From Basidiobolus meristosporus CBS 931.73 (taxonomy: Eukaryota > Fungi > Basidiobolomycota), in assembly GCA_002104905.1 (NCBI GenBank), contig MCFE01000336.1, positions 1 to 64,000 of the forward strand: a stretch of DNA of 64,000 nucleotides. The letters run 5' to 3'. Shown one piece after another: positions 35,223 to 48,070 of this stretch. The notes beneath the pieces were generated by a model. That model was not told where the DNA came from. It saw nothing but the letters and a program-made list of their open reading frames with translations, and searched no databases. How positions within the stretch are numbered: the first letter of the stretch is position 1; the number at the start of each line of letters is the position of its first letter. A program made the position numbers and the translations under genes.

Positions 35223-37768
35223 CACCCTATCGGTTTCCAGTTACTTGCAGCGGGAAATGTTTGATGATTCCGCGTTTGACTACTTCCGGTGAGTGGGTTA
35301 TAGAGACGTGTAGTAGTGTATAGTGGAGTCAACGAATCCACCGACTTGGGCTGGGTCAAAGTTAAATTGATATTAGGTTTGAAGGCTTGAGTTGTGCAAT
35401 ACGTAGTTTAAGGTGAAGTATGTGTTATGAAGGTCTCAGAAGCGCTGAAATAAATAAGCTAGTAGCAATATGGGGATAGAAAACGAGGTTGCACTATTAT
35501 TAAGGTTTGTAAAGGACCAGAGAGAACTCAAAAAAGCAGAAAAGGAGAAGGCTGGGCGGAAATATCCATATGAAAAATCATAGCATACCTAAAATGGGGC
35601 AAGTTAGTTATTCATACGGGATCACAAAGCCGAATCAGTATGAGATTCTTGACAAGAAATCTATTGGAGAATGGCTCTTTTATGATGAATTGCTTGTGTA
35701 CTTGGCTGCCCTATTTGAATGAATGGCCTCTGTATATTTGATATGCCAACGATTGAATCAAGATGATGATCATTTTTATTCCTTGTATCGGTGATTTTAA
35801 TGATGCAATAGATGTTAAGCCTGCGTTGAAGGTTAGTCTGCAGCTGAATGGTGGGAACACCACTGTTGATATCATCTGCCAGATTTGAACACTAACCATT
35901 GCAGCTTGTGGCAAAAGGTTATGAATGGAATTCCCATGATCGTCAATCTAAAATCCACAAAACTGGTTTACTAGTGTTTGATCTTTTCTTAGACCATTGA
36001 TGACAGTCAAGTTGGACGAATGCGGGTAATTTTACGTTGTCTTCCATTCTTGATTTATGGCTTTGTGCATGTATCCCATGATTCATACCTTCAGTGCGGC
36101 CATCCTCCGTCATGTCAAATGAAATAACCCACCAACAGTATGATCATCTGAAAACTAGAATATTGGTAAAGTTTGGAAACAAACATCGCCATGCACACAT
36201 GCAATCATCTAACAAGAATTTCAGAGATTGGAGGGTAGAAGGTTCGAATATTCTAGGGTAGTCCACAGCCCTGCACCGAATAAATCGGCCGGTCTAAGTA
36301 ACAATACGGAGGATTTAGCCTTACTGGTTTCGGCGTTTCGTGGAATTGTCAAGTAGATAGCCCTTAAATAAATGGGAAATGCCTTAGAAATTAATACTTG
36401 AATGCATTTGGCTACCGCATTGAGACTTTGGTGAAGAGTTATGTTAACTTGGCTAGCTTCAATATGGTAATTATAGTTTTACATATTGCCTTTTCCCGGC
36501 AGGAGTAAGACCTTATTTAATTTAAGCACGATCTAATCTGCTCGAGACATACTCCCAAAAGGTAGTTGTTGGACATTTAATAAGGAAAATCCAAAAATCA
36601 GGCTTAACCGCGCTGAACAACTACCCCATGTGTGAGGAACAAAGTTATGATCACTGCTAATCCAATTTAATGCACCATATTTATTGCTTATCTAATCCAC
36701 GCCCCCAAATTAGCATGCACTTTCCATTAACTATGTTTTCGCCAATATCGATCTAGAACAGCTAATAGTTCTAATGGCCTGGGAGTGTGGCATAGGTGGG
36801 CTTTATGCTGACATCACCTATTGAGAGGGGAGGATGCCAAGGAACTAATAAAATGGCATCATCATCGATAAATTTATATATATATAATTGAATGTCGTCA
36901 GTACCCTACTATTCGTGGAATGGCTATTGCCACTGTAAAAGCCATTTTTGCTGGTAACACTAATCAGCCCTAGCTACCCTCCAATCCTTTTGTTGATCAT
37001 CGACCTGAGTTCCAGTACTTGAAGAGCCTGTAGTTCGTTGAAAGGTATCCAAAATATCTGCTGAAAATCTAGTCAATATATTGGATTTAGCGGTTCTTTC
37101 TGCTATATCTGGCATAGATTGCGTTCCCATTGCTAAAATCCAAACTATCCCTAGGGTGTTACGACTGGTTACACTAGAATCCCATATGGCCCTGGCCAGA
37201 AAACCCCCACAATTCGGATCATTGAAGCCTAATACCATTACAGCAATATTAAGTATTAAGCTACAGCAGAGAAAGTGCCATCACGTAAAGAGCTTGCGTT
37301 TGCTGCGAACTGACTATGAGGGGGATCGGTAGAAGACAGCCAACTAAATTGCCCGATTGCGCGTATGCTCCATTGTACAGTGCAGAAAATAACTATTCCT
37401 ATTCATGACCAACTACTGGTAATAGTAATTTAATGTTATTTCCAATCTAAACCGGTATTCTTGAGTGGGGACCTGCGTATGCAGATAGATTTGCACGGAG
37501 ATTAGCTGTTTATAATTATAGTCGGAGGAGGGGGAGTTTCTTTGTGCTTGAAGCCCCTATGTGGTTAAACTGCCCTACCATCATTGCGGTATTGATGACT
37601 GCTTAATCAAATCAAATATGCAGGGCATAATCGGCTGGAGTTCCATCCTGGGTACTTTCAGATTCAGTTTATCGATCAATAGATCAAGTTGTCGCTTTCG
37701 ATATACGGCTACAACATCAATGTTCTAGGCTTTATTGCAGGATCTTAACGAAGGACAGTATTATACCA

Positions 37769-38620
37769 TTACAAGTCGATGAGTGAAAATGATTCATCAA
37801 TCTTCTCAGATAAATGGCTATCATCAACAAACGAGAACTTCTTGGATGATACAGTCCAGACACTCTGTCCAACTGTTACCATCTCAGGCATCAGACCAGT
37901 CGTGTTAACACTTTTCCAGGTGCTGGAATCTGCTTCATATACCTTAACGTCCCCTTTGGGAGTCATGCCGATCACTTTTCTGTTGGACGAGGTGGAGATA
38001 TGGGAGAATCGGTGCTCCGTTAACTGCCAGCGTCCACCATGATACCAATATGTCAGATAGCCCTTTTCTCCTGGAATGTCAAACAATCCGAAGGCCGTCC
38101 CGTCTACCGATGACGCGATCTCAATGATCTTTAGATTATTTGGCTTGGGAACCTTCGTCCATTCGCATTGGTTATACCCCACCTGGTAGTAGCAATACCA
38201 TAAAGTATTGTGCTTTGTAATCCCCCAGATATGCTCCACATTATGGACATCAACATCTTGGGTGCTAGCAGAAATCTTCTTGAGCTCTCCATTGATTTGA
38301 TACCACGAGTCCCCGTTAAAACGAAACACTCCGCTGGACGGCCCGATCCCCCAAGCGATATATACATTGAGTGCTGAAAGGTCATAAATAGTACCAGGAA
38401 GACGCTTCCACCCCTGCTCCCAATATCTGAGTACTTCACCATCACCAGAGAGTCCCCATAAGGAATCATCCTCGCCAGCAGAAATATGTTTAAATTGGTG
38501 ATCCTCAACTGGCGTCCATTTACTAACGCTGTATTTTCTAGTAGATTTGTAAAGGAAGCCAGAGGCGAATTGAGTGATTGCCAGGACGCTGACAAAGCCG
38601 AAGGGAAGATCGACTTTCAT
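37769..38620 (-). CDS. Tectonin-like six-bladed beta-propeller lectin, probably secreted, intronless
   Basis: ATG at 38620 followed by a hydrophobic leader. About six repeats of W-x-x-(V/L/I)...(I/L)S...(W/F)G(L/I), e.g. WTPVEDHQFKHISAGEDDSLWGLS, WKRLPGTIYDLSALNVYIAWGIG, WYQINGELKKISAS..IWGIT. Confidence 0.78.
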   Translation of the reverse strand: MKVDLPFGFVSVLAITQFASGFLYKSTRKYSVSKWTPVEDHQFKHISAGEDDSLWGLSGDGEVLRYWEQGWKRLPGTIYDLSALNVYIAWGIGPSSGVFRFNGDSWYQINGELKKISASTQDVDVHNVEHIWGITKHNTLWYCYYQVGYNQCEWTKVPKPNNLKIIEIASSVDGTAFGLFDIPGEKGYLTYWYHGGRWQLTEHRFSHISTSSNRKVIGMTPKGDVKVYEADSSTWKSVNTTGLMPEMVTVGQSVWTVSSKKFSFVDDSHLSEKIDESFSLIDL

Positions 38621-39717
38621 TGGTAAAGATGTTACACAGAAATCAAACTCCGCAGGGTGGTGTTTCCAACGACAAGTACTGCTAGAGCCTAGGGGAAGAT
38701 GGCAGGAATAAGCAACAGGAACACGACAAGGTTCAGTTTCTCCATGAATAGGACTAGTTATAAGTAGTGTGGACACACCGTCAACTAGGTCTGGCTCGTT
38801 TCAAATTCCCCTCTAGATTCGCAATATCCTTTAAATATGTGGCGAAGTACTTGTCACAACTGTGCCCATATTCCCAAACGTTTTAGGAGTGTTTGGGGTT
38901 TAGGATATTTCAAAACACATAGGATTGCTATCACGAGGAGAATCCCTCACAATCATGTCTTCAGCCTTTCCAGAACGAGTACTCAAGCCTATGTATATCC
39001 TGCAAAATGCCCGTACCCAATGATTCTTATAGCTTGGGCATGATTATTCACCCAATCGATTCACTAAATGCAATAGGTTAATACAGTAAGGCTTACATTT
39101 AACCCACCAGCTTTTGGGCTGGCATTTGAGCAGAAGTTCATGGGAACAGTACTTTCCAACAAGGACATCATACAGCATTTGAAGTAATGATGTAAAGAAA
39201 GATAATGACATACACGTCTCGCAAGAACATGGCCACGGTATCAATAAACCATTATCCACACCTGCAGCCAACCCACAAGGATCGAACTCGCGATGAAGGT
39301 TTGTGTCACGCATAGGGTGTTATATGAGTATTAATTTTAGTGGACTAATGTAATGTGGGAAAACGATAAAAGACAATTCGAGGCGAGCAGTATGAAAGTA
39401 TAGCTTGAAGGGCATAATAAAGAGTTGTAAGCTTGATGCAAACCCTTAGTGATCATATGGACCATGGCGACATGCATGTATCAAGAATGAAGATTGTGAG
39501 TGAACAATGTCAACACACAGAGCAATGTGTATTTCGAAGGAGGCAAAGCCTTAATCGGATTAAAAGAACGAGTCTTGGTATATAGTAGGGATGCTCTGAA
39601 ATAACCATGGTAGTGATAGGATAAATATATGTATAAGGAAATCGGAATGTATGCAATACATTGGGTGCGGAAAATGTTTTTTAGTTCTTTAAGTGTGTAT
39701 TCGTCGACAATACATAC

Positions 39718-41897
39718 TTAAAGTCCGGTTTCATTCTTGATCCCTTCGAAAACTTTCAGCATTTTTCGACGTGCTCCCAAGGCAGCAACTCCTTTAGCGG
39801 TTAATTCCTCATCAGTGAGTTGAATGATATCTTGCCACTTCATTCCCTCAAACATGGGCGTGTATTTGTGAAGGCGCAAGCTACGAAGCCAGGCAGGGAC
39901 ATCTAAAATGTAACGAGTTAGAGCCAAGTAATACATTTATATATGCAACAACTTAGCTATACCTTTTAAGAGCTCGAGGTCAACCCCTTCTGGACCCTTA
40001 TTTTTGATGTTTGCAGCCCCACGAGATTGGCCACCTCTATGATCATTCTTAGGATTCCCTCTATGATGGTCACGTTTGTCAATTCCATGATACCCTTCAT
40101 CTAAACCGGCGCTTCCGGCACCTTGCATCATGGCAACATACTGCTTAGCAGCTTGGGGGTTTTGACTCATTAGCCGTTTCATCGAGTCTTGAGCCCATTG
40201 AGGAATGAAGCCAGGAGGAATTGGTGAACTTGCTCTGGATGCTGATCTTGAGTGATGTTGTGGTGGGTATAATGGGGATGGTAATGGTGATTGAAGACGA
40301 TTGCCGTCAACAAAGGCTGGGCTACGCAGCGAATCCTCGCCGTAGAACGAATTTCGGTTTCTAGCAGACCCAGGAGCAAGACTGTTTGCTGACCGAGGGA
40401 AGTTGTCACGTATAGGATACTCTTCGTGGACGGCAATCGTAAGCCCGGCGGGGTTAGCATTACGACGACTACTGTTCCCTGTAGGGCTCTTCAGCTCATT
40501 TTCGAACAACTCCCTGGCCGCATTGGCTTCATTTATTCTAAGCTGACTGAGATGGAGGCTGCTAACATCGCGATCATCATTCCTCGATTTTGGACGATCA
40601 ATATTACCCCGAGAAGCGTGCTCTGCAAAATTTGCCAATGTAGGGGATAATGGCATACCCCAATTACTGGCCAGAGATGAGTAGTCACCCATTGCAGAAC
40701 CAGGGCGATCATTAGATGGTTCCTTCAATCTCCAGGCTCCACTAACAGCATCAACGCCACAGAATGAGCGAGGTCTTTGGCCAGAACGACCAACGGTACG
40801 ACCTGTGCCATTGGCACTTAAATTCTGTGACGCCAGGAACATGTTTGAAGCAAAGATCGAGGCAGGATCTGCCTCATGCTGCGAGGTTGGTCTACTTCTG
40901 TAACCGTAAGGAGGCTGTTGATTGCTAGATGAAAGATAGGCGTTTCCTCGGTTCCCGTTAGCTGAGCCAGACCCGTTAGTCTCACGACGACCCTCAAGGA
41001 TTATCTGAGTCGTAAGGCGATGATTGGCGTTATCACTATCTAGATTACTAAGAAATGTGGTAACCTCTTCTGGGATCCCAGCAGGTAATGAATAGCGATC
41101 GTATAAACGACGGGATCGGTTATTGCCACTATTGGTGGGTGTGGCGGCACCAATGGAGATGTCAGGGATAGTCTGAGGATTATTACCATGGCCTCTAGTT
41201 TCACCGACCGGCGGCGCATGTTTTAAAGTTTCCTCAACTAACATCAGATTGTTATTACTTGAAATGTACAGCCTACACAAAATCTGCTCATACCTTTAGC
41301 TATATGCTGATTAGAAAGGATCGCATTAAGGGGATCGTTCTTTGCCATTTGTAGTAAGACGGCAATGAAAAAGCGCACTTGAACTGGGCTTGATTGTTGA
41401 AGCAAGCTATAAAGACCAGCGGTTCTCTCGGAGTCTGAAAGTGCCTTGAACCATTGTTGGACTGCAGCAAGCTCATCTTTAAAGTTTTGATCGAGACTTG
41501 TGGTTGCCATCTCTTCTAGTGTCTTCTCATACTGTGAAAGATTTCTAATCCAGGCATCTGGACAAATAGGCCCAATTCAGGTTAAGTCGGTGAATGTAAC
41601 AATGCTGATAAGGAGGCTACTACCTTCGGTTGGTTGAAAACTGCCAGTAGTGAGGATCTCAGACACCGGCCTGGCCCCATGAGCTTTTCCGTTTATGACC
41701 GGGCTTTTCGTATTCGACTGTCCAGCATTCGAGCTTGGCGTATCATTAGCACTGGTAGTATCGGAAGTAGTATCGTCTTTATGGCTGGGTGCAGTTTTAT
41801 TGCTCATAGTCGAGTCCGAACGCTCGGGACTGCTGTTTTCAGAAGCCCGAGAGTAGGAAAAATTCTCAGAAAGTGGGCGTGGCTGCTGGGTAGTCAT
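39718..41897 (-). CDS. VTS1: Vts1/Smaug-family SAM-domain RNA-binding protein, multi-exon
   Basis: [39 protein letters not shown]; C-terminal SAM domain [52 protein letters not shown]. Confidence 0.93.
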
Positions 41898-42749
41898 TTC
41901 AATTTTTGGAATCTTCGAACAGTATTTAGCCTCAAGCAGATTATCGTATCTTTCAGATAATATATGAAATATTTCTATTCAGAATAGGCCCAAGCTCCGG
42001 GATAAAAACTAGTAATAAAATAGTGGTTTAGTAAGCTTCCTTTTGAAAGTCTCCGGAAAGTATGTAAAGGGGGTCGTGAGCGTATGAATGGAGGAACTTC
42101 GACTGAAATACCAACTCTAAATACAGCGCAATAGTAAAATATCGAAGGTTCGACACTAAGGTCACCAGCTGTTTGGTATAGGTATAGTGTCATATTGATA
42201 GTACTCAGATACAGATAAACAATACGTACATAGAAAAATTAGACCAGGTTCCTTGAAGTCGTGGACAAATAGCACAAAACAACAAAGCGAAAGAAAGAGT
42301 TGGCTAGTTGAGTCTCTGTGCAGGCAATAGGAAAAGATATTGAAGGAGGTGATGGGATAAAATTCTTAACACCTATGTGAAAGTGATGGGATTAGAAGTG
42401 GGGGGAGAGAGGGGTAGATGGGGGATACGCTCAATTATGTTACGAGAAAAATCCTAGAATCACAATACCATGAAAGAGCTGCATTATATATATCAATGCA
42501 TTGACCATAGCTCTAAAATCCTCGATTTTGACAAATGGTGAAATTGTGAAGTAGGAAGTGCTGGTACGTTGCATTCAACCATTCACTCACTAGTGTTTAG
42601 ACGAATTAGGTTCCAGAAGTCATTTTTGTATGACTTGAAACACATTTAAACCAATCGTGTCACACGAATCTGATGTTCACTTACAGGGTGCAATCCCGGT
42701 GCAACCTACCGTTGCCTCTGTGCTCGCCCGAATCCCACCTGGCCCCCGT

Positions 42750-43577
42750 TCAGATTTGGCAGCAATAATCCTACTTGAAGGACGATTGGATGGTTTATCT
42801 AATTGACTATGCTAAGCGCAGCATTGAATTTATCCTTCTGTTGAGGTTGGTCATGCTATACCAACGCTAATTATCAAGGAGCATTGGTCAAGTCAAGCAC
42901 CTTGACATTGATCTATGGGAACGATTGATTAACGATGTTCGGTATACCGCAATACGAGCTCACATATTAATAGGCGACCTGCCTCAGAAATATCTCTGCA
43001 ACTGGCATAAATATGTGGCATACATTTCAATGAATCTGTATGGCCATATTTCTGTTGCCTCAATTTATGCTGGATCGGGTTTCCAATGCCATCAACCTCC
43101 ATGAAATATTGACGTAATGTAAAAACACTGCCTACGAAATAGTTACACCAACATGGTAGCAGCCAGAGGCTTGATTGCGCGCAACTAACATAGTTGGAGC
43201 ATTACCTATGCTACACCCAAGTGAAGGGCCTTGACTATTGTACGCTCTTCACCGCCATTTAGTACAATGATACAGAGTGGAGCTGCAATGCACGCCGAAA
43301 ATGGTCATGGATTCTGCTTCCGATGTATATCAGGCAATAGTGACAACCAATTTTATCAAAAGTAGAAAGAAGTGATGTACCTAGTAAGATAATAGGGATA
43401 TGATGATGATTTACTATATATAACCGTTGCTTGTGAAGCTCTTTAAATAGTTTGAAGTCAAGATAACCCGGGGCCCACATTCGGATTGGAAACACTCAAC
43501 TGTGCACAAGGCTGTCATGAAACTTAAATATAGCTTATAATTTTACAAGAATGACTCAACTGATAGAAGTTAGTTCT
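42750..43577 (-). pseudogene. Possible degenerate CxC/KDZ (Kyakuja-Dileera-Zisupton) transposase relic
   Basis: Interrupted peptides LVHS*VFPIRMWAPGYLDFKLFKELH, IHDHFRRALQLH, EVDG..N..QHKLRQ and LALV*HDQPQQKDKFNAALSIV occur in the order I recall for CxC1-KDZ motifs. Judged by eye only. Confidence 0.33.
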
Positions 43578-44207
43578 TCAATCGTTGAGGTCAGCACCGG
43601 CCTCATGTTTACAAATATATTGTTCCCATTTTTCTTCGTTGCTTTGGCGTGCTTGGTAAACCTCATTTAAAGGCGCGACCATTGGGATGATTACCGCATT
43701 CTCACTTTTCGCTTCTGAGCCCGAGTCTGAGTCTGAATCATAAAGCTGGAAATCTTCCCAAGGTATCTCATGGGATTCCCTGTTATGTGCAAAGAGTTCA
43801 AGATCATAAGAGGTGCTATTGGAAGGGTGTAAATTGCGGGACTGGGTGCTCGAAGCAGAAGTGCTTTGGTAAAATCTCTGAGTAGAGAAGCCAAATGGGC
43901 CATGGCCCAAGGCCGCTAGACCAGTTGATTCTACCACATTGTGGATGTACCCTGATTTAGTCACCGTGCTGTATGGCTCTGCATGTAATCTCTGTAAATA
44001 TGTAATTCCTTGAGGAAATAGACTTCGCCAAAAACGGCTCAGCACAGGTGCAAGCATACAGCTTTGAGGGAGCTTGCTTGGTTTAGCTTGTAAAATAGCT
44101 TTACAGTCGAGCAAAGACTTTGTTAAACACGGGAAGAGTGGTGACACTGGGATAGCTGGGTTTTGAGGGTTATTCAAGGAAGAATTGTAGGGCTTCTGAA
44201 ATAACAT
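43578..44207 (-). CDS. Intronless ORF of unknown function (about 209 aa); possibly the N-terminal part of a decayed transposon gene
   Basis: Open frame with ATG at 44207, an acidic DSDSDSGSE tract and YQARQSNEEKWEQY. It is followed downstream by stop-interrupted coding-like sequence. Confidence 0.4.
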   Translation of the reverse strand: MLFQKPYNSSLNNPQNPAIPVSPLFPCLTKSLLDCKAILQAKPSKLPQSCMLAPVLSRFWRSLFPQGITYLQRLHAEPYSTVTKSGYIHNVVESTGLAALGHGPFGFSTQRFYQSTSASSTQSRNLHPSNSTSYDLELFAHNRESHEIPWEDFQLYDSDSDSGSEAKSENAVIIPMVAPLNEVYQARQSNEEKWEQYICKHEAGADLND

Positions 44208-46703
44208 TGGATCCACACAAATGTTATATGGCCGATTGATTAATAGCACCTAAATACCGTGCAAGCGCTTCGAGTCAGGGTAATCGATTATTTTCAGGAC
44301 GAGGTGCTGCGAAATTGGTTAGCAATAATAAGTCAATCCGCGAGGTAGGCAGTCAGATAGCATATAGCGGAAGTAAGAAAATGAAGTTGGAAGGCAGGGT
44401 TATAAAACTGATGTATTGGCAAACTATACTGATTGAAAGAAACGATAGTTGAGCTGGAGATATGAGAGACTGGCTGATATATAAAGTTATTGAGTGAGGG
44501 GATAGATGAGATATGGAACACGGATATACATGAGATAAGCTAGTCTTTTTGAGTCAAATACACCTTCCTGGTTGGATCCAACCAGCCCACTTATCACTTT
44601 CACTTGATCACTGATATCCGCATTGAATCTTAATCACTCGATTTCAGAGGGTACTGATTGGTGCTAATTACGGAGGATATGTGTATGCATTGGATATACT
44701 CGTATGAGACGATCATATATAAGGTTTAAAGGCCCGACCAAAATCACATGCATTATCAAGAGCAGTTATGGCCTCAGAGAAAAGCGCGGTTTCTAGTAAA
44801 CATGCGGTAGTTGCATAGGGCATGTGCTCATTGCCAAGCGATTTTTTTCCTAAAATGATGAGATTACAAAGTATACGGTTGGAATTACCATTCGATGAAA
44901 ACATCCCTAAATCTGGGAACACGGCTAGTCACAAAATCTTCTGCTGAAATTCATTGCTGCTTTTTGACCAGCAACCATCAATCTTTCTAAGGGCCATCCA
45001 TTTTATAGCACTACTAATTACCATGAATGGTATACAATATCAGTCAAGTCTTTTTTGAGAACTGGGGCCAGGGGACGGGACAATCTGGATGTTGCTATGT
45101 GGAAGCCCTAACAACGAGACCCAAGAGTCCAACTTGGAATCGTGCTGTGATGACAGACCTAATTTTAGACGTGCAGCTAGCATTCTGACATGCTGAATGT
45201 AATGTTGGTATAGAATTAGCGATGTGGCTTTCGTATTGAACTGCTTCAAACGTTTTCACATGTCTAATCTACGAATGATAACGACTATTACGACACAATT
45301 TCTCTTATGGCATTTCCGATCATCTTCGTGCCTAATTTAGCAAGAGACCCCAAATTCCAAACACTGTGCAAAACGCAAGTTGTAGCCCTAAAGGAAGTTT
45401 TTGTTCACACCCAAAGAAATCCCTTAATCGATATAAGCAGAATGTCAGCCTGAATTCCGATATTCTGTGGCGCCGGAGTGACCCTGGTTCCTGATGTATC
45501 AAGGTGCTTCTACGTTCACTCATCAATCGAGGAACAAACTGGAGATCCTCGTATGGATGTGGCAAAGTATCAAGATTGGGGAATATAGTGGGCACTAGCT
45601 ATAGCTCGCTCTTTTCCTGAGAGAACTAAACTCTCATGACTGAAGCTCTGTCACAAATGTCTCAAGAACCACTCCTATATTTCAAAATACCGGTGGGTTT
45701 TACCGGATCTTTCAGAATACCAACTATAGGTAGTGCTTTGTCAGCTCTTGATACAGGTAGTGATAGATATTTAGTAGCTGAGTGTTGTGCTAACCAGTCG
45801 ATTGCTTTCAATTTCCTAAAGTGACTTCATATTGCAGAATTATCTTCATCCATTGGAGAAGTATACGATTGACAGAATTGTGAACCAAACTGAGCGAATG
45901 GGTGTCATGATTACGAAGCCAATCCTAAGGACACTGGTGAACGTAGGCCACTCGGAAATATGTTATAGAAAATGGTGTTAATGGATTAGATATACACGAT
46001 TCATACAAACAGGAATTGGCTTGGAGTGAAGGTTCATTTCATGGAGGCGTATTTGATATGATGAAGTATTTAGTAATATGAGTGCTTAAATAGCGCCTAA
46101 TTGTATAAACTAGGAGTACCATGTTAGTTGCTGGTAGATATATATTCATATATATATTTATTTCTTACATAGTCAATGAAGACTGTCTCGAAATACCTGG
46201 AACCAAGGTCTATATTCTTTGCAAGGCTCAAGGAAGTATTGGCGGTGATTTGGACAACTATAAGACTTGCATGATGTTCACTTGCTTTATTGAGTTCATA
46301 TAAAGTACTTATACTCCTGGGGAAATTTGTGAAGCGAATGACAAGAATGCTTTAAGAAAGGTATCAGGAATTGGTGCACAAAATTTGAGGGCTTTTGGAC
46401 AAGTTTGAAAATGCTGATTTCCAAGCCCTCACTTAAGCATTGGCTAATATCTTACAAGCTAAATTCCAAGCAACTAGCTCATAAATTACAACAATCTAGA
46501 TAGAATTTTCATATATATGGTTAGCTCAAGTGGAGCTATATATTTGTCAATTCAACACAAAAATACTATTTCTACTCTTAGAAGGGTGTGGTAAGATTTG
46601 TTGGATGTATACTAATAAAGGTTCCAAGGGTATATGTACAAGGTATGGGAGCTGTAGCTACTGTAGGACTCTTCATACACAGGGTACTCTGCTGCAAATA
46701 TCG

Positions 46704-47215
46704 TAATTACACCTAAATATTCAGCTAACATGGATACTTAAATCATAGTCTACAAATCTTAGAGAACTCTGGCCAAACTGCTTGTTGGGATTTACTTGGA
46801 ATATTCTCACCAAAACATCAGGTACCCAGGAAATAAAGCTTGATAAGTTGTCCAGATAGCCCCACACTTTGCACACATGCTCTTGTGTCCTTTCTAAACA
46901 TATTATACATAGCTTTATAGCCAAGACTATGTAAAAGTAATATTTATACTTCTACATGATCTTGGCAAAACAAACATGTTTATACTTTTACATGAGCTTT
47001 TCAGCATACATCTGTGGGCTATGTCTAGAAAAGTCCTAGAAGCATGTGTGCAGAGTTTGGAGCCCTTGGGTAATGTTGAGACTTTTTTCTGACTTAGTAC
47101 CTCATCTTTGGCAAAAAAAGCAAGTACCCACAAAGAGCTTGGGTAAACTATTTTTAAGGCTGATAGATATGAACTTCGTAACTAAGCTAATGGAGCACTT
47201 ATATGTAACTGCACA
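46704..47215. repeat. Degenerate long inverted repeat (foldback/MITE-like), about 250-nt arms centred near 46943
   Basis: GCCAAGACTATGTAAAAGTA (46920-46939) pairs with TACTTCTACATGATCTTGGC (46947-46966) at 17/20. GCACACATGCT (46871-46881) is the exact reverse complement of AGCATGTGTGC (47041-47051). Outer arms are also alignable. Confidence 0.75.
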
Positions 47216-47264
47216 ATCTACTACATACACTAAGCTTAGACTGGTTTTTGTTGTAAAAACTCGT

Positions 47265-47557
47265 ATTTCCACCTAAATATTCACCTAACTTAGTCACTTA
47301 TATCATCACCTTCAAATCCTAGAGAATACTGACCAAAATTCCTTGTCGGGATTTACTTAGACTATTTTCACCAAAATACCAGGTACCCAGAACATGATAA
47401 TTCTCAAAGTTGTCCAAACAGCCCCAAACTTTGCACACATGTTCTTGGGACCTTCCTTAACCTATTCTACATGCTTGTTATGCCAAGACCATGTAAAAGT
47501 ATATATTACTACTTTTACATTCAATAAAGCATTAAGTGAAAACCACATAATCTACTT
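47265..47557 (+). repeat. Second direct copy of the same repeat arm, ending in a perfect 10-bp hairpin
   Basis: Aligns with 46704-46940 (CAAATCyTAGAGAA, CACCAAAA..AGGTACCCAG, TTTGCACACATG, GCCAAGAC.ATGTAAAAGT). Hairpin ATGTAAAAGT (47491-47500) / ACTTTTACAT (47511-47520). Confidence 0.8.
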
Positions 47558-47889
47558 TCGAAGATAGAAATGTTTTTAATGCCGTATTATTACGAAAACA
47601 TGCTGTTTAATATGGTAATGAAAGCATACTTCTGATTTTTGCGCGCAAAATAACACATGCAACAGTTACATGGTCGAGTTATATATTGTTGAATTTATCG
47701 GGCAAGGAAGACTCAACCATCGAGGGTTGTTTATACCCAACGAGAGCGGTGGAGATATCGGAACTTTTTATCACGCGAAAGGATCTGCACCTCATGGGTT
47801 TGACAAAGAAAAAAAGCTGAACTATAATATTATCGCATCAGGGTTCTCCAAATCACTTCCAATATCTCCAAGACTCTTACAACAGTTTT

Positions 47890-48070
47890 CAGTGCATGCA
47901 CACAAAGTTTGAAAACCTTTGCATAAGTTTGCAAATATTTGTGTCTTTAGTACTGGAGCTTTTGGTGGATTATTCTAAAGTATTCGCAGCAACAATCTGG
48001 GCAAGCTAAGCTAAGACTCATAGGCTATGACCAGAGTCCCCATTCTGAGGGAACATTTAGGTGTAATCAC
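47890..48070 (-). repeat. Inverted, more diverged copy of the repeat arm
   Basis: The reverse complement contains ATTACACCTAAAT, CATAGCCTATGAGTCTTAG, CCACCAAAAGCTCCAGTACT and CAAACTTTGTGTGCATGC in consensus order. Confidence 0.6.
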
